This document shows, piece after piece, positions 60,849 to 64,000 of a stretch of 64,000 nt of DNA. Source of the DNA: Kiritimatiellia bacterium (lineage in GTDB: Bacteria > Verrucomicrobiota > Kiritimatiellia > RFP12 > UBA1067); the NCBI GenBank assembly GCA_017447805.1, contig JAFSMR010000059.1, forward strand, positions 1,198-65,197, given 5' to 3'. The notes under the pieces were generated by a model, which was given only the letters and a program-made list of their open reading frames with translations, did no database searches and was not told the origin of the DNA. Numbering within the stretch: position 1 is the stretch's first letter; each line of letters opens with the position of its first letter. The position numbers were made by a program, and so were the translations under genes.

Positions 60849-62453
60849 TTATTTCCTTTTCGACGCAAATTCATGATATTCGGAATATCCCCCCTCGAAC
60901 CAAGTCGTCTTGCCGCCGGGTTCGAATGCGAGAATATGAGTCGCGATTCTATCCAGGAACCAGCGATCGTGGGATACTACCATTACGCAGCCGCCGAAAT
61001 CCTGCAAGCCTTCCTCGAGCGAACGCAGAGTCGCTACATCGAGGTCGTTTGTAGGTTCGTCGAGAAGCAGAAGATTGCCGCCTGAAGCGAGAAGCTTCGC
61101 GAGGTGCACCCTATTCCTCTCGCCTCCGGAAAGAACGCCGACTTTCTTTTGCTGCTCTGAGCCGCGGAAATTGAATCTGCTGCAATATGCGCGGCCGTTC
61201 ATCATCGTCGTGCCGGCCAAACGGACAAATTCGCCGCCTCCCGTTATCGCTTCGTAGACGGTTTCATCGACCTTGAGCTCGCTGCGCGTCTGGTCTACAT
61301 AGGCGAGCTTCACCGTCTCGCCGACAGTGAGTTTGCCGGAAAGCGGCTGAGCCTGGCCGGTAATCAACTTGAATAGCGTCGTCTTGCCCGCGCCATTGGC
61401 GCCGATTACGCCGACTATTCCGCCGCGCGGCAAATCGAAATTGAGCTCGCTATAGAGAATTTGGTCTCCAAAGCCCATCTTCACGTGTTCTGCGCGAACG
61501 ACTAGATTGCCGAGCCTCGGCCCCGGCGGAATTCTGATTACAAGATCATCCTCGCGCGTGGATACTTCCTGCTTCTGCAGCTCTTCGTAGCGCTCGACAC
61601 GCGCCTTCGCCTTCGCATGGCGCCCGGATGGATTCGTCTGAATCCACTTTAGTTCGTTTTCCAATAGCTTCTGACGGGATTTTTCGACTTTCGCTTCGCG
61701 CGCGAGCATCGCCTCCTTTTGCTTCAGCCATTCTTCGTAGTTGCCTTTGTAAGGATAGCATATCCCTCTATCGAGTTCCAAAATCCAATCTGTCACATCG
61801 CTCAAGAAATATCGGTCGTGCGTTACTACGATCAGCGTGCCTTTGAACTCTTTCAGGTATTCTTCAAGCCGAAAGGTCGTCTCGGCGTCGAGGTGGTTGG
61901 TCGGCTCGTCGAGGAGTAGTACATCGGGATTGGAAAGAATCAGCCGCGCAATCGCAACCCTTCTCCTCTCGCCACCCGAAAGAACGCCTACTTTTTTCGC
62001 CCCGTCAGGACATCCCAAATCGGCCATGCGCCGCTCGACGAGATTTTCGAGATTCCAATAGTCGTTGGCATCGATGATTTCCTGGAGTTTTTCCATCTCG
62101 GCCTGCGCCTTGGGGTCGTCTAACTCACAGCATAAATCTTCGTAGCGAGCAACCATGGCCTGCGCCTCGGCCACCCCTTCCAGCACCGTCTCCAGAACTG
62201 TCTTTTCATCATCGAGGACCGGCTCCTGCGGCAGATATCCGACTTTCGTCCCTTTGGCTACCTGAACAGTGCCCATAAGATCTTTATCCAGCCCTGCGAG
62301 AATCTTCAATAACGAAGATTTGCCCGCGCCATTGGCGCCGATTACGCCAATATGCGCGCCGTAGAAAAACGATAGATTCACATCTTGCAAAATCGTCTTT
62401 GTGCCGACTTGCTTCGTTACGTCAATAAGGCTAAACTGATATTCGCCTGCCAT
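60849..62453 (-). CDS. ettA: ABC-F translational throttle ATPase EttA
   Basis: Two ABC cassettes (GANGAGKSSLLKILAG and GANGAGKTTLFKLITG). The N-terminus is collinear with E. coli EttA as I remember it. Confidence 0.9.
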   Translation of the reverse strand: MAGEYQFSLIDVTKQVGTKTILQDVNLSFFYGAHIGVIGANGAGKSSLLKILAGLDKDLMGTVQVAKGTKVGYLPQEPVLDDEKTVLETVLEGVAEAQAMVARYEDLCCELDDPKAQAEMEKLQEIIDANDYWNLENLVERRMADLGCPDGAKKVGVLSGGERRRVAIARLILSNPDVLLLDEPTNHLDAETTFRLEEYLKEFKGTLIVVTHDRYFLSDVTDWILELDRGICYPYKGNYEEWLKQKEAMLAREAKVEKSRQKLLENELKWIQTNPSGRHAKAKARVERYEELQKQEVSTREDDLVIRIPPGPRLGNLVVRAEHVKMGFGDQILYSELNFDLPRGGIVGVIGANGAGKTTLFKLITGQAQPLSGKLTVGETVKLAYVDQTRSELKVDETVYEAITGGGEFVRLAGTTMMNGRAYCSRFNFRGSEQQKKVGVLSGGERNRVHLAKLLASGGNLLLLDEPTNDLDVATLRSLEEGLQDFGGCVMVVSHDRWFLDRIATHILAFEPGGKTTWFEGGYSEYHEFASKRK

Positions 62454-62508
62454 TTCCTAGTTACCTTTCTTCTTGTCGTTTTCCTGCTGATGTGAATTGT
62501 CTTCGCAT

Positions 62509-62537
62509 ATTATATCATTTTTTGTTCCCCGGGTCTA
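62509..62537 (-). promoter_or_regulatory. putative ettA promoter (TAGACC-17-TGATATAAT)
   Basis: -10 at 62514-62509, overlapping the stop codon of the sugar transferase gene. The leader is 55 nt. Confidence 0.55.
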
Positions 62538-63112
62538 GGCTCCGGCGGCGGATTGAATTCTTCCATAGTTTCGCCGCTCTGGCTATCGATCCCGGAGCGC
62601 TTGAATATGTTTATCACGGTCAAAGCCAGAATTTTGAAATCCAGCCAAAGGCTTCGGTTATCGACATACCATACATCCAAAGCGAATTTTTCATCCCACG
62701 AAATCGCATTTCTGCCATTGACTTGCGCCCAGCCCGTAATGCCGGGCCTAACTTCATGGCGCCGCGCCTGTGTCGCGTTGTAGCGCTCGAGATATCTCGT
62801 AGGCAAGGGACGCGGCCCGACGAGGGACATCTTGCCGGCCAATACCTGCAGTAGCTGCGGCAACTCGTCAAGAGATGTCGAGCGCAAAAAACGCCCTAGC
62901 TTAGTCATTCTTTCGGCATCTGCGCCTTCGCCCTGCCTCATCGTGCGAAGCTTCCAGATATTGAACGCTCGCGCTCTAAACCCGGCGCGCCGCTGCACGA
63001 AAAATACTGGCCGCCCCTCTACAACCAAAACCAATAAGGATAGCGCTGCAAGCGCCAATCCCCATACAGGACTAGTCATTACGACCAATATGATATCGCA
63101 AAATCTCTTCAC
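62510..63112 (-). CDS. undecaprenyl-phosphate sugar phosphotransferase (small PglC/WbaP-C type)
   Basis: KRFCDIILVV...GRPVFFVQRRAG...KLRTM...DELPQL...GPRP motifs. The start is uncertain. GTG 63112 gives the typical M-KRF-D N-terminus, whereas the track start GTG 63199 would overlap tRNA-Thr. Confidence 0.85.
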   Translation of the reverse strand: MKRFCDIILVVMTSPVWGLALAALSLLVLVVEGRPVFFVQRRAGFRARAFNIWKLRTMRQGEGADAERMTKLGRFLRSTSLDELPQLLQVLAGKMSLVGPRPLPTRYLERYNATQARRHEVRPGITGWAQVNGRNAISWDEKFALDVWYVDNRSLWLDFKILALTVINIFKRSGIDSQSGETMEEFNPPPEPRPGEQKMI

Positions 63113-63119
63113 GCCGCAT

Positions 63120-63128
63120 ATTATATCA
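63120..63128 (-). promoter_or_regulatory. extended -10 element TGATATAAT upstream of the sugar transferase
   Basis: It has the same 14-mer core as the bamD-like and ettA promoters and lies 7 nt (ATGCGGC) before GTG 63112. I found no convincing -35. Confidence 0.45.
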
Positions 63129-63139
63129 TATTTTCCCCA

Positions 63140-63169
63140 TTGACGCGAGGGGGGATTTTTTGATATACT
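63140..63169 (+). promoter_or_regulatory. putative promoter of the tRNA-Thr/tRNA-His pair (TTGACG-18-TATACT)
   Basis: -35 at 63140-63145 and -10 at 63164-63169. tRNA-Thr starts 18 nt downstream. Confidence 0.55.
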
Positions 63170-63186
63170 ATCCGCCAAATGACCTT

Positions 63187-63262
63187 GCCAGGTTAGCACA
63201 GTTGGTAGTGCGGCTCATTCGTAATGAGCAGGTCGGGGGTTCGAGTCCCTTACCTGGCTCCA
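63187..63262 (+). tRNA. tRNA-Thr (anticodon CGU)
   Basis: Manual cloverleaf: acceptor GCCAGGT/ACCTGGC, anticodon loop TTCGTAA, T-loop TTCGAGT, encoded CCA. Confidence 0.9.
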
Positions 63263-63274
63263 GGCTGAACAGAT

Positions 63275-63352
63275 GGCGGGAGTAGATCAATTGGTTAGAT
63301 CAACAGATTGTGATTCTGTGGGTTGCGGGTTCGAGTCCCGTCTCCTGCCCCA
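63275..63352 (+). tRNA. tRNA-His (anticodon GUG) with genome-encoded G-1
   Basis: Acceptor GCGGGAG/CTCCTGC, anticodon loop TTGTGAT, an extra 5' G opposite discriminator C, encoded CCA. Confidence 0.9.
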
Positions 63353-63374
63353 TAAGCCAGAAAGGAAGTGAACA

Positions 63375-64000
63375 GTGAGTGTTGTTGAGCAGTTGATCGA
63401 TTTGCAAGATATAGATGGCCGCCTTAGAGAACTCGAGCACGAGCTTAAGGATTTACCGCGCAGAAAAGCGCTTGAATTGGCGAGGCTCTCCGGCGTAGTG
63501 GCAGACCTCGCGGCTTCCAAAACCAATCTTCAACTGCTGGAAAACAGAATCAAGAGTATCGAAGCCGAGGCTGAGGCTCTTCGAAACAAGATACAGCAAC
63601 TCAAGGTCACCCAGGCAAGTCTCGACAGCAACAAGGAATACGCGCAGTATTCGATGCAGATTGATTTGATTACCCACGATCTCGAAACTACAGAAAATAC
63701 GCTTCTTTCGACAATGGATAGCTTGCCTTCTGCGAAACAGCGTATCGAGGATGCCCAATCTAGGCACGATACGATGAGAAGCGGCGTCGACGCTGTTTGC
63801 GCAGAATTGGATGAGCGCCTCGCGGCCGTCAAGGGCGAGGTCGATGAATTGATGAAATCGCGCGCCGGCAAAGTGGCCGAAATCGCCGACCCTCGTGCAC
63901 GCCTTTATTACGAACGTCTTAAAACAAAGCGCTGGCCGGTTATCGTGCCCCTTACACATGATGGTGTTTGCGATGGTTGCCATCTGGTTCAACCGCCTAG
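63375..64000 (+). CDS. DUF164-type coiled-coil protein with C-terminal C4 zinc ribbon (3' end beyond the window)
   Basis: My own translation starts at GTG 63375 (SD AAAGGAAG): VSVVEQLIDLQDIDGRLRELEHELKDLP...YYERLKTKRWPVIVPLTHDGVCDGCHLVQPP. The minus-strand track ORFs at 63453-63992 are antisense to it. Confidence 0.75.
   Translation, partial: MSVVEQLIDLQDIDGRLRELEHELKDLPRRKALELARLSGVVADLAASKTNLQLLENRIKSIEAEAEALRNKIQQLKVTQASLDSNKEYAQYSMQIDLITHDLETTENTLLSTMDSLPSAKQRIEDAQSRHDTMRSGVDAVCAELDERLAAVKGEVDELMKSRAGKVAEIADPRARLYYERLKTKRWPVIVPLTHDGVCDGCHLVQPP

Noticed and set aside
63453-63992. 179-aa and 113-aa minus-strand ORFs at the right edge
   Set aside because: The plus-strand frame (63375 onward) has an SD and a coiled coil, and it ends in the conserved zinc-ribbon block YYERL...GVCDGCHLVQPP of DUF164 proteins. 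The minus-strand ORFs are its shadows.

Overview
The window looks like a 64-kb chromosomal segment of a diderm bacterium. The gene content (a MurC-MurB fusion, a V-type ATPase, a GH33 sialidase, GldG-type ABC genes) makes me think of the PVC group, but I cannot verify taxonomy. It is densely packed, mostly housekeeping, and mostly on the minus strand, apart from a plus-strand block at 30996-39904.

Recognisable genes:
- Cell wall: murC-murB fusion and an amidase.
- Amino-acid metabolism: thrH, hisA, hisB.
- Translation: ileS, glyQS, ettA.
- DNA maintenance: smc, recN, dprA, rnhB.
- Pyrimidine synthesis: pyrK-pyrD.
- Outer-membrane biogenesis: bamA-skp-lpxD, BamD-like, LptE-like and LptF/G-like genes.
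- Transport: a zinc ABC system and a GldA/F/G-like ABC system.
- Seven tRNA genes, all with encoded CCA: Glu, Asp, Gln, Gly, Ser, Thr, His.

I found no rRNA, CRISPR array, transposase or recognisable defence system.

Observations most worth a second look:
1. A V-type ATPase D-I-K module with its own promoter and no A/B/E genes in the window. It is translationally coupled to a 602-aa polytopic membrane protein and a tandem acyl-carrier-like protein.
2. A roughly 430-bp nested inverted-repeat element between smc and a low-GC repeat lipoprotein gene, with related repeat modules upstream of glyQS.
3. A secreted sialidase sitting where fabZ-lpxA-lpxB normally lie in the conserved bamA...rnhB cluster.
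4. A low-GC orphan gene of about 1032 aa beside a tRNA pair.
5. A recurring extended -10 promoter core (TGATATAATATGCG) placed so close to several start codons that those mRNAs should be leaderless.

All functional calls rest on motif recognition by eye. No database search was possible.
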